A stretch of DNA of 64,000 nucleotides from Thermoguttaceae bacterium (GTDB lineage: Bacteria > Planctomycetota > Planctomycetia > Pirellulales > Thermoguttaceae). Each line of letters opens with the position of its first letter. Position 1 is the first letter of the stretch. The stretch is from assembly GCA_050943135.1 (NCBI GenBank), contig JBMNOP010000003.1, positions 166,191-230,190 on the forward strand, in the 5' to 3' direction. Under the pieces are notes generated by a model that saw only the letters and a program-made list of their open reading frames with translations, was not told the DNA's origin and ran no database searches. This document shows positions 56,913-64,000 of the stretch, piece by piece. A program made the translations under genes and the position numbers.

Positions 56913-58130
56913 ATGCCCGAAAAGGCCAAACTTCCCTCCGACAATCCTTCGCAAGTCGAGCAACAACCTCGCCGCAGGGGGCGTCCCCGAAAGACACCTT
57001 TGGTTGTCGCCGAAACCGCCCCGCGAAAACGTGGTCGTCCACGCAAACCGGTTGATCCGAACGTCCCGCCCCGGGTGCCGAAACGTCGCGGTCGTCCCCG
57101 GAAGCCCGATGCCAAATATCCCACCGTCGCCGACATGAAATCGTTTCGGCGCAAGTGGTCGATGATCGATATGCTGGTTCACCCCGATCAAGACCATCCC
57201 GATGGCTACACAGTCGATGAAATGGCCGAGCTTTTCGATGTTACCTCGCGAACCATCCGCCGCGATCTGAAAATCCTCGACGACATTTTCGGCGGGCTTG
57301 ATGTCAAACGCGTTCGCTGGGGCCTTAAGCGCTACTATCTCGAACGGATCCCTTTCGGAGAAGGCGGTACCGCCATCACGCGTGAAGAGCTTGTTGCGCT
57401 CTGTATTGCCCGTCTGTTGATGCGTCCTTTCCGTGGAACACCATTGGCCACTGCCATCGATTCCGGTTTTCAAAAGCTTCTCAGCTGCCTTTCCAAAGAA
57501 AGTGTCGATTACGCCGAGAAAGTCAGTTCGTTTTTTCTGCAGTTTTCCTATAACGCCGACCTCACCGAAAACCAGGCCGAGATCCTCACCACACTCTTTA
57601 GCGCGATGGAGAAACGCGAAGTGGTCAAATTCACCTACTTCTCGGTCAACTCGCGCGAAGTCAAAGTGTACGAGGTCCATCCCTACAGCTTTATCTACGA
57701 TAAAGGGTTCATCTATCTGCTCGGTTACAACTGCAAAAAAGACAGGTTCCAACACTGGAAGTTGAACCGGTTTAAAAAAGCCGAATCCCTCAACGTCCCA
57801 TTCCAGGAAGACCACCACTTCGACCTTGAAAGTTATTCCGACAAAGCCATCAACATGTTCCTTCGCGACGACGATCCGGTACGTGTCCGCGTTATCTTTT
57901 CGAGCCGGTGCGCCCTCGACGTCAAGGAACAGGGGCTGGCCGTCATCAAAAAGAAGCGTTTCCGAAAAGACGGCTCCTTAGAGGTTGAAATGATGGTTGA
58001 CCCGTCCCCCGCCTTCGTTAACTGGATCCTCTCCTTTGGAGATAACGCAAAGGTCATGTCACCGCGAAGTGTCCGTACGCAGGTCCTGGAAGAAGCCAAC
58101 AAGCTTGCGGCCCGTTACCGCCTCGGCTGA
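56913..58130 (+). CDS. WYL-domain transcriptional regulator with three N-terminal AT-hook motifs and an HTH
   Basis: Three AT-hooks (RRRGRPRKT, RKRGRPRKP, KRRGRPRKP). HTH YTVDEMAELFDVTSRTIRRDLKIL. WYL-domain core ...VHPYSFIYDKGFIYLLGYN.... C-terminal WCTD-like region. Confidence 0.75.
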   Translation: MPEKAKLPSDNPSQVEQQPRRRGRPRKTPLVVAETAPRKRGRPRKPVDPNVPPRVPKRRGRPRKPDAKYPTVADMKSFRRKWSMIDMLVHPDQDHPDGYTVDEMAELFDVTSRTIRRDLKILDDIFGGLDVKRVRWGLKRYYLERIPFGEGGTAITREELVALCIARLLMRPFRGTPLATAIDSGFQKLLSCLSKESVDYAEKVSSFFLQFSYNADLTENQAEILTTLFSAMEKREVVKFTYFSVNSREVKVYEVHPYSFIYDKGFIYLLGYNCKKDRFQHWKLNRFKKAESLNVPFQEDHHFDLESYSDKAINMFLRDDDPVRVRVIFSSRCALDVKEQGLAVIKKKRFRKDGSLEVEMMVDPSPAFVNWILSFGDNAKVMSPRSVRTQVLEEANKLAARYRLG

Positions 58131-58160
58131 CAGCTCCGGGCAGAATCATCGTTCCGTTTT

Positions 58161-58193
58161 CGGGGGGAGTCATCCCCCCGTTTTTTATTTTTT
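58161..58193 (+). terminator. Rho-independent terminator after the WYL regulator gene
   Basis: CGGGGGGA-GTCA-TCCCCCCG followed by TTTTTTATTTTTT. Confidence 0.7.
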
Positions 58194-58328
58194 CTATTCG
58201 CGTAGAACTTGTCGATTTCGGCCGTGTACACTTTTTCTTGCCTCTTTTTCCGGACCGAGAGTTTTTTGAACGAAACATCTTTCCCTCGCGCAGGCAGTAA
58301 AAATGGGGAAGACCCTGTTCCTTAAGAC

Positions 58329-58357
58329 TTGAAACGGAAAAACAGATCCCTTATAAT
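58329..58357 (+). promoter_or_regulatory. Near-consensus sigma70 promoter TTGAAA-N17-TATAAT upstream of the second Gfo/Idh/MocA gene
   Basis: Read directly; the -10 ends 70 nt before ATG 58428. Confidence 0.5.
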
Positions 58358-58427
58358 CTTCGTCGTGACTATGGTTCTCAGGAACCTCCCCTCCATAATC
58401 CATTCATCAAAGACCAAGGGAATAATT

Positions 58428-59639
58428 ATGAAACAACCAGGTCAAGTGACTCGCCGTCACTTCATCAAAACAGCGGCAGCTTGCACCATTCCGCTCTTCG
58501 TCGCCGGGCGTGTTCTCGGCAGAGACGGTTTCTACTCGCCGAGTGATACCATCAATGTCGGGCTGATCGGTTACGGGGTTCGCCGCAGCGAAGTCGGGTA
58601 TCGTCCCGGTTCCCGCTTTGTCGCATTCTGCGATATCGATACCCGGCGTCTGCCGCGTGAAGAGTTCCCCGAAGCAAAAATGTTCCAATACTACGAAGAA
58701 ATGCTTCAGTTGCCCGAACTCGACGTTGTCTCGATCGCCGCCCCCGACCACTGGCATACCAGGATGACGATCGACTCGTGCAAGGCCGGTAAAGACGTCT
58801 TCTGCGAAAAACCTCTGACCTTCACCCTGATGGAAAGCCGCCAGATCGTTGCCGCGGCACGGAAATACAATCGCGTCGTTTCGAGCGGCTCGCAGCGTGT
58901 GATGGAAGATTACGGGCACATCCTTGCGCCGATTGTCATGTCGGGCGCGATCGGCGAAGTGAAAGAAATCTACGCGGGCTGTGCCGGTCCCCCTTCGGAA
59001 CGCACCTATGATCCGGAACCGTGTCCCCCCGAACTCGACTGGGATTGCTGGGTCGGACAGGCTCCCTGGTTCCCCTACAGCAAACGGGCCATCCAGCCGA
59101 TGACATGGCGTTTCAACTCCGATTTCGGTACCGGCGGACTCGGTGACTGGGGCGGGCACAATTTCGGCGGTGCGCTCTATTCCTGTGGGATGGACCATAT
59201 CGCCCCGAAGAAGATCTACCCCCCGGAATCCGAAAACAATCCACATCCGGGCGTTCGAATCGAAATGGAAAACGGGATCAACTTCTACCACAATTGTCCG
59301 GAAGGTTGCCCCATCAAAATCGTCGGAACCGAGGGAACCTACCTCTTCGGCCGAAGTACCGAATTCCGCCCGCTCAAAGCGGTCGATGTCCGCCGGTACA
59401 GCGGCGGCGCGACCCGCATCGACGACGATTTCCTCTACTGCGTTCGAAACCGTCTTCGTCCGTTCCAAGATGTCTTCTACGGTGCCAATGTTTCCGATTA
59501 CGGTCATATGTGCATCATCTCCTACAAACTCCGCCGTGAGCTTGAATGGGACAAAGAAAAGATGGAATTCGTCGGCGACCGTGAAGCGACCGCAATGGTC
59601 AGCCGGGTTCAGCGCGCTCCCTATCAGATCGAAGTCTGA
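58428..59639 (+). CDS. Tat-signal Gfo/Idh/MocA-family oxidoreductase
   Basis: MKQPGQVTRRHFIKTAAACTIPLFVAG is a Tat signal. INVGLIGYG is the Rossmann motif. EKP...C is the family motif. Confidence 0.75.
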   Translation: MKQPGQVTRRHFIKTAAACTIPLFVAGRVLGRDGFYSPSDTINVGLIGYGVRRSEVGYRPGSRFVAFCDIDTRRLPREEFPEAKMFQYYEEMLQLPELDVVSIAAPDHWHTRMTIDSCKAGKDVFCEKPLTFTLMESRQIVAAARKYNRVVSSGSQRVMEDYGHILAPIVMSGAIGEVKEIYAGCAGPPSERTYDPEPCPPELDWDCWVGQAPWFPYSKRAIQPMTWRFNSDFGTGGLGDWGGHNFGGALYSCGMDHIAPKKIYPPESENNPHPGVRIEMENGINFYHNCPEGCPIKIVGTEGTYLFGRSTEFRPLKAVDVRRYSGGATRIDDDFLYCVRNRLRPFQDVFYGANVSDYGHMCIISYKLRRELEWDKEKMEFVGDREATAMVSRVQRAPYQIEV

Positions 59640-59695
59640 TCGGTGCGACCGCCGAAAAGATTCCGTTTCAATTTAAAGGAAACAACGAGGTTACT

Positions 59696-61456
59696 ATGAA
59701 AAAATATTTTTGGCTGACAGCCGCTCTTTTGACGGCTTTTCTGCCGTCTCTTCAGGCCGCCGATTTCGGCGACCTGCTCACGCGGCTCGATTCACGCGAT
59801 TTTTCGCGGGAAAGAGACGTCTTGACCGGCAAAGATGGGCCTTACGTCGGCGAATTGACCAACCCTCATGCCGAAACACCGATGTTTAAAGCCCGCGATG
59901 AATTCTACGCCATGATGGGCGATGCCCTTGGGGACGACGAAAAGTGCGGCGAACTCTCGGCATTCATCCTCGAGGCGGTTCCGAACGAACAGGTCAGCAC
60001 CGAAACAAAAGTTTGGCTTCTCCACCGTCTCGGCGAAGTCGGTTCCGCCGCCGAGGTACCGGCTGTTGCGGCCCTCTTGACCACGACCGACGACAAAGAC
60101 GCGCAGCGTCTGGTCGATGCCGCCGCGGCCGCCCTGGCAAAAATCCCCGGTGACGAAGCGCTGAAAGCACTCGAAGACAATCAAGCGATTCCGGCCGTCG
60201 CGGCCGCCCTGGTTTGTCGTCTGACCCCTCCGATCCCGAGTGATGCGGTAGAAAGCGATATGCCCCTGGGGCTCGCGCACGCGAGCGACGAACAAGTCGA
60301 CGAATATTTGGCCGGATACGACCGGCTCGACGATTTGGCGAAAGCCCGCGCGCTGGCCGGACTGACCGCGCGGAACGATCAGGAAAAGAAATACCGTCCC
60401 TACGCCTTGGCAGCTCTCGCCTCGAGTGACCCGAACCTGAAAAACGCCGGTTTTCTGGCACTTGAAAAGATGGGGACGGTCGAGGATGTTGACTTCTTTC
60501 TCGCCAAACTGAAAGAGAATCCCGATCTTGCGATTCGGATTGCCGGACGCGTGGTCGCCGACGGATTTGACGATGCGCTCAAATCCCGGCTCGACGATAC
60601 CGCCGATGCCGATGAGTTTCTCAATCTCGCAACGATTCTGACCATTCGCGCGGTCGATATCCGCCCCGACATTTTCAGTCGTACCACCGCGACCAATTGT
60701 CCCGACCGTCTCCGTCTGATGCAGCGGGCCTGCGAATTGGCGGGGCCCGACGACGTTCCGAATCTCGTCGCCACGGCGGTTCGAATCCCGCGCGGAAGAG
60801 ACCGCGATGCCGCCGAAAACCTGATCGCCGGCGTCTGCAAAGGGGACGCCTCCCCGATCATTGCCCTTCTCGGCAAATACCCGCCCGCGGTCATTTTTCC
60901 GATGATGTGCCGTACCGGCGGCGAAGCGGCCAAGGCCGAACTCGCCCGGGCGCTCGACTCGGGGGATTCGAACATGAAAGAAGCCGCACTTCGTGCGCTT
61001 CCCAATTGGGCCGACGCCGGGTTCTATCTGACGATGAAAGATCTTCTCACATCCGGCGATTGCCCCGATGCGATGTACACACCGATGCTCCGAGCCTTCA
61101 TCCGTGTGATCTCCCTTCCCGACGATAAGATCGGAATCGAGATGAGCCGTGACGAAAAACTCGCTGAGCTCAAAGGTGCTTACGCCCTTGCCAAACGGCC
61201 CGAGGAAAAGGCTCTTATCCTTTCTCGCCTCGCGGCGAACCGCAACGTCAATTCCCTGAAATTCGCCATGGAGTGCGTCGCCGACCCGGAAGCGGAACAG
61301 TCCGCCTACGAAGCGATCACCGCCCACGCGCACGACACGGCGCTTCGGAAAGGGTACCCCGAGTTGATGACCGAAGCGATTCAGATGGTCATCGACAACG
61401 CCAAAGATCCGGATCTTGTCAAGAAGATCGAAATTTATAAGGGACGCATGGAATAG
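59696..61456 (+). CDS. Secreted HEAT/PBS-lyase-like repeat protein
   Basis: Signal peptide MKKYFWLTAALLTAFLPSLQA. There are repeated alpha-helical 30-40 aa units with ...LG.......A...L...L.D.D..VR..A..AL... periodicity. Confidence 0.55.
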   Translation: MKKYFWLTAALLTAFLPSLQAADFGDLLTRLDSRDFSRERDVLTGKDGPYVGELTNPHAETPMFKARDEFYAMMGDALGDDEKCGELSAFILEAVPNEQVSTETKVWLLHRLGEVGSAAEVPAVAALLTTTDDKDAQRLVDAAAAALAKIPGDEALKALEDNQAIPAVAAALVCRLTPPIPSDAVESDMPLGLAHASDEQVDEYLAGYDRLDDLAKARALAGLTARNDQEKKYRPYALAALASSDPNLKNAGFLALEKMGTVEDVDFFLAKLKENPDLAIRIAGRVVADGFDDALKSRLDDTADADEFLNLATILTIRAVDIRPDIFSRTTATNCPDRLRLMQRACELAGPDDVPNLVATAVRIPRGRDRDAAENLIAGVCKGDASPIIALLGKYPPAVIFPMMCRTGGEAAKAELARALDSGDSNMKEAALRALPNWADAGFYLTMKDLLTSGDCPDAMYTPMLRAFIRVISLPDDKIGIEMSRDEKLAELKGAYALAKRPEEKALILSRLAANRNVNSLKFAMECVADPEAEQSAYEAITAHAHDTALRKGYPELMTEAIQMVIDNAKDPDLVKKIEIYKGRME

Positions 61457-61528
61457 TTCCCCTTGGGTTTTTCTCGAAAACCGGAGCAAAACAGAACGGT
61501 TGTTTGTTTTGCTCCATACCATTTTGCG

Positions 61529-62602
61529 ATGAGTCGAACGATGAAGTTTTTCCGATTAATTTTCCTGCCGATCTTCCTCGGTTTCGTGTCGGTCTTTTCG
61601 ACCGCCGCCGAACCCCCGCAATATCGCGGCGCGATGATTTCGCCCGGCAACTTCCATGCCGCCGATCTTGAAGTCTTTGGCGGTCGGTGGAACGGCAACT
61701 TGGTACGCTGGCAACTCAACTGGGGCTTTCCTCACGGAAAAGCCGACACGGCCACGGCCGAAGAATATTTCGCATGGCTCGAAAACGAGTGCCGACGTCT
61801 TGACGCGATGCTTCCTCTTCTCAAAGAGTACGGGGTCAAGGTCTGTCTGGATGTTCATACGGCCCCGGGCGGATTCACCGAAAGAACAACCGTCCGCGCG
61901 CTGGAAGAGGAAGAATTTACCGACGCCTTCATCGAGACCTGGGTTCGCCTGGCCACACGCTACAAGGAAAATCCGGTCATCTGGGGCTACGACCTTTTGA
62001 ACGAACCGGTCGAAAGAACCCCGGAAGAGGGTGAATATTACATCAGTTGGCGCGATCTTGCCACGCGCGCGGCCCGTCGGATCCGAGAAATCGACCCGAC
62101 GACCCCGATCGTTTTCGAACCAGCCAACTGGGCCAGCCTCAGGGGTTTTGAAGGTCTCGAACCGCTCGATCTGCCGAACATCATCTACAGTCCCCATATG
62201 TATGTGCCGCACGCTTTCACTCATCAGGGGGTCTTTGCCAATACGGTTCCGGTAACCTATCCCGGGGAAATCGACGGGGCTTATTGGGGTAAGGAGGAAC
62301 TGCGCAAGTCGCTGGCACCCGTCCTTGAATTTCAGAAAAAATATGATGTCCCGATCTTCATCGGCGAGTTCAGCGCGATCCGATGGGCTCCCGGGAACGG
62401 GGCATACAATTATCTGAAAGATGTCATCGAAATCTTCGAGGAATACGGATGGGATTGGACCTATCATGCCTTCCGCGAATGGAGTGGTTGGAGTGTCGAG
62501 TATACCGACGACAGAAAAAACAACGAGCCGGCCCCTGAACCGACAAACCGCGAACTTCTTTTGAGAAGCTTTTTCGAAAGGAATTCCCGGAAGGTCGACT
62601 GA
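61529..62602 (+). CDS. Secreted glycoside hydrolase family 5-like (cellulase-family TIM barrel)
   Basis: Signal peptide MSRTMKFFRLIFLPIFLGFVSVFSTAA. NEP (acid/base) in ...LLNEPVE... and the IFIGEFSA nucleophile Glu block are spaced as in GH5. Confidence 0.65.
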   Translation: MSRTMKFFRLIFLPIFLGFVSVFSTAAEPPQYRGAMISPGNFHAADLEVFGGRWNGNLVRWQLNWGFPHGKADTATAEEYFAWLENECRRLDAMLPLLKEYGVKVCLDVHTAPGGFTERTTVRALEEEEFTDAFIETWVRLATRYKENPVIWGYDLLNEPVERTPEEGEYYISWRDLATRAARRIREIDPTTPIVFEPANWASLRGFEGLEPLDLPNIIYSPHMYVPHAFTHQGVFANTVPVTYPGEIDGAYWGKEELRKSLAPVLEFQKKYDVPIFIGEFSAIRWAPGNGAYNYLKDVIEIFEEYGWDWTYHAFREWSGWSVEYTDDRKNNEPAPEPTNRELLLRSFFERNSRKVD

Positions 62603-62665
62603 AAGAGAATACCGAGGGCGGCCGCACGGATGCCCCGTCCGCCCGGGTGCCGGGTTTCCTATTCG

Positions 62666-64000
62666 TCAGATTCTCTTGATCTTCCAGCGCCCGGTCCTGA
62701 GGTAAATGAGGGTAATCGCCACCGAAAGGACCGAGGCAAGGGGCGCCGCCCACCCGATACCGTAGAGCTTCGCGCCGGGAAGCCGACTGATCAGCCATGC
62801 GACCGGAACGCGCACCAGAAAGGTCGGAAGAAGATTGTTGACCATCGTAAAACGTGTGTGCCCGCTTCCGTTGAGGAAGCCATTCGCGGAAAAGACGAAG
62901 GGGACCAAGAGGATATCAAAGCAGAACGACTTCATGTAGTCGGCTCCGGCGGCGATCACGCCGGGGTCTTTTGTGAAGAGAGCAAACGCCGTCTCGGGCC
63001 AAAACTCCATCCAGAGGAAAAGAATCACCGCGATGCTCCCGCTGAAAAGAAAACTCATTTTCAGGAACGAAAGCGCGCGTTTCGTCTTTCCCGCGCCGAG
63101 GTTCTGCGCCACGATCGCCGTCAAAGCCATGCCGAATGAAACGGAGAAGAGCATGGTAAACCCGTTCAGTCGGCAACAGATCCCGTAGCCCGCCGAGGCT
63201 TCCAGCCCCATCCCGTTGACAATCGAAAAAATCAGAATAAAGGAAAAATCGATCAGGATCGATTGGATGCTCAAGGGCAAACCGACAGCAAAAAGCTTCT
63301 TGACCAGTTCGGGAACAATCCGAAAGTTTCGCGGATGAAAATCAAAAAGGTTTCCAAGACTCTTGATATAGACGATGGCACAAATCATGCTGAGCGCCTG
63401 TGAGGCGACCGTGGCAATCGCCGCACCGGTCGGCCCCATTCCGAACCGACCGACAAGGAGAAGGTCAAGCAGAAGGTTGCACAGACACGCGATCCCGATA
63501 AAGATCATCGGGCTTGTCGAATTGCCGACACCCCGGAGAATCGCCGAAAACCCGTTGTAACCGAAAATGAAGATCGTACCCGCCGAACAGATCAACACAT
63601 AGCGGTTGGCATCAACGAAGGCGTTTTCGGGAGTCTTTAAAAAACGGAGCAGGTGGGGGGAAAGCCAAAACATCAGGCCGGTCAGCAGGACGGTGCAAAG
63701 CAGGAACGTTACGAGCATCGTCCCGACTGTCTCGGTAACCCGGTGATATTCACGCGCTCCGAAAAACTTTCCGATCAGAACCGTTCCGGCCGTCGTCAGC
63801 CCCGCGACACCCATCAAGATGATCGTAACGATCTGACTGCCGCAGGCCACCGCGGAAACATCAGCCACTGACGAGGCATAACGGCCGACAACCCAAAGGT
63901 CGACGGCCCCGTACAGCGCTTGGAGAAGATTGGCAAGGAAAAACGGAACCGCGAAGGTTAGCAGTGTGGTGGCGATTCCCCCTTGCGTCAGGTCGCGTTC
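62666..64000 (-). CDS. MATE-family multidrug efflux transporter (5' end lies beyond the window)
   Basis: The reading frame stays open to position 64000; translating it adds ...TQGGIATTLLTFAVPFFLANLLQALYGAVDLWVVGRYASS, the canonical MATE N-terminus. Twelve transmembrane segments overall. The listed GTG at 63868 is internal. Confidence 0.85.
   Translation of the reverse strand, partial: ERDLTQGGIATTLLTFAVPFFLANLLQALYGAVDLWVVGRYASSVADVSAVACGSQIVTIILMGVAGLTTAGTVLIGKFFGAREYHRVTETVGTMLVTFLLCTVLLTGLMFWLSPHLLRFLKTPENAFVDANRYVLICSAGTIFIFGYNGFSAILRGVGNSTSPMIFIGIACLCNLLLDLLLVGRFGMGPTGAAIATVASQALSMICAIVYIKSLGNLFDFHPRNFRIVPELVKKLFAVGLPLSIQSILIDFSFILIFSIVNGMGLEASAGYGICCRLNGFTMLFSVSFGMALTAIVAQNLGAGKTKRALSFLKMSFLFSGSIAVILFLWMEFWPETAFALFTKDPGVIAAGADYMKSFCFDILLVPFVFSANGFLNGSGHTRFTMVNNLLPTFLVRVPVAWLISRLPGAKLYGIGWAAPLASVLSVAITLIYLRTGRWKIKRI

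Overview
This is a high-GC window, about 58-60% GC by eye, containing about 40 genes; the final gene is truncated by the window end. The organism looks like a diderm member of the Planctomycetes-Verrucomicrobia-Chlamydiae (PVC) group, probably Planctomycetota. Four observations support this: a secreted protein carries the planctomycete-type N-terminal 'RR..EQLEERHLLA' motif; several Tat-signal Gfo/Idh/MocA oxidoreductases are present; an autotransporter with a C-terminal beta-barrel is present; and secreted carbohydrate-active enzymes are abundant. Most of the window is chromosomal housekeeping or secreted hydrolase genes: carB, trxB, csrA, mntP, a TatD nuclease, a flotillin, a GGDEF cyclase, a MATE pump, GH78 alpha-L-rhamnosidase, GH5, a GH32/43-like enzyme, three SGNH esterases, a beta-lactamase-NamZ fusion and a beta-lactamase-esterase fusion.

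The standout feature is a compact three-gene cassette on the plus strand at 14545-23870. It encodes an SNF2/DEAH-type helicase with a C-terminal DUF3883-like PD-(D/E)xK nuclease module, a DUF1156-type N6-adenine DNA methyltransferase, and a DUF499-type P-loop ATPase. The three genes are separated by only 22 nt and 4 nt, and the cassette is bounded by hairpins and flanked by metabolic genes. This trio has the architecture of a restriction-modification-like anti-phage defence system whose mechanism is, as far as I know, essentially uncharacterized.

Other notable items: (1) a minus-strand DNA-damage/xenobiotic cluster comprising a DUF5009 acyltransferase, tag, class-II uvrA, maa and a tautomerase; (2) a WYL-domain regulator carrying three N-terminal AT-hooks; (3) csrA sitting behind an unusually AT-rich island, with a GGA-containing hairpin in its own leader; (4) a metzincin / Pmp-like beta-helix / dockerin mosaic protein.

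No rRNA, tRNA, CRISPR array, integrase or transposase is recognizable. Many long ORFs antisense to real genes are GC-driven shadows and were rejected.
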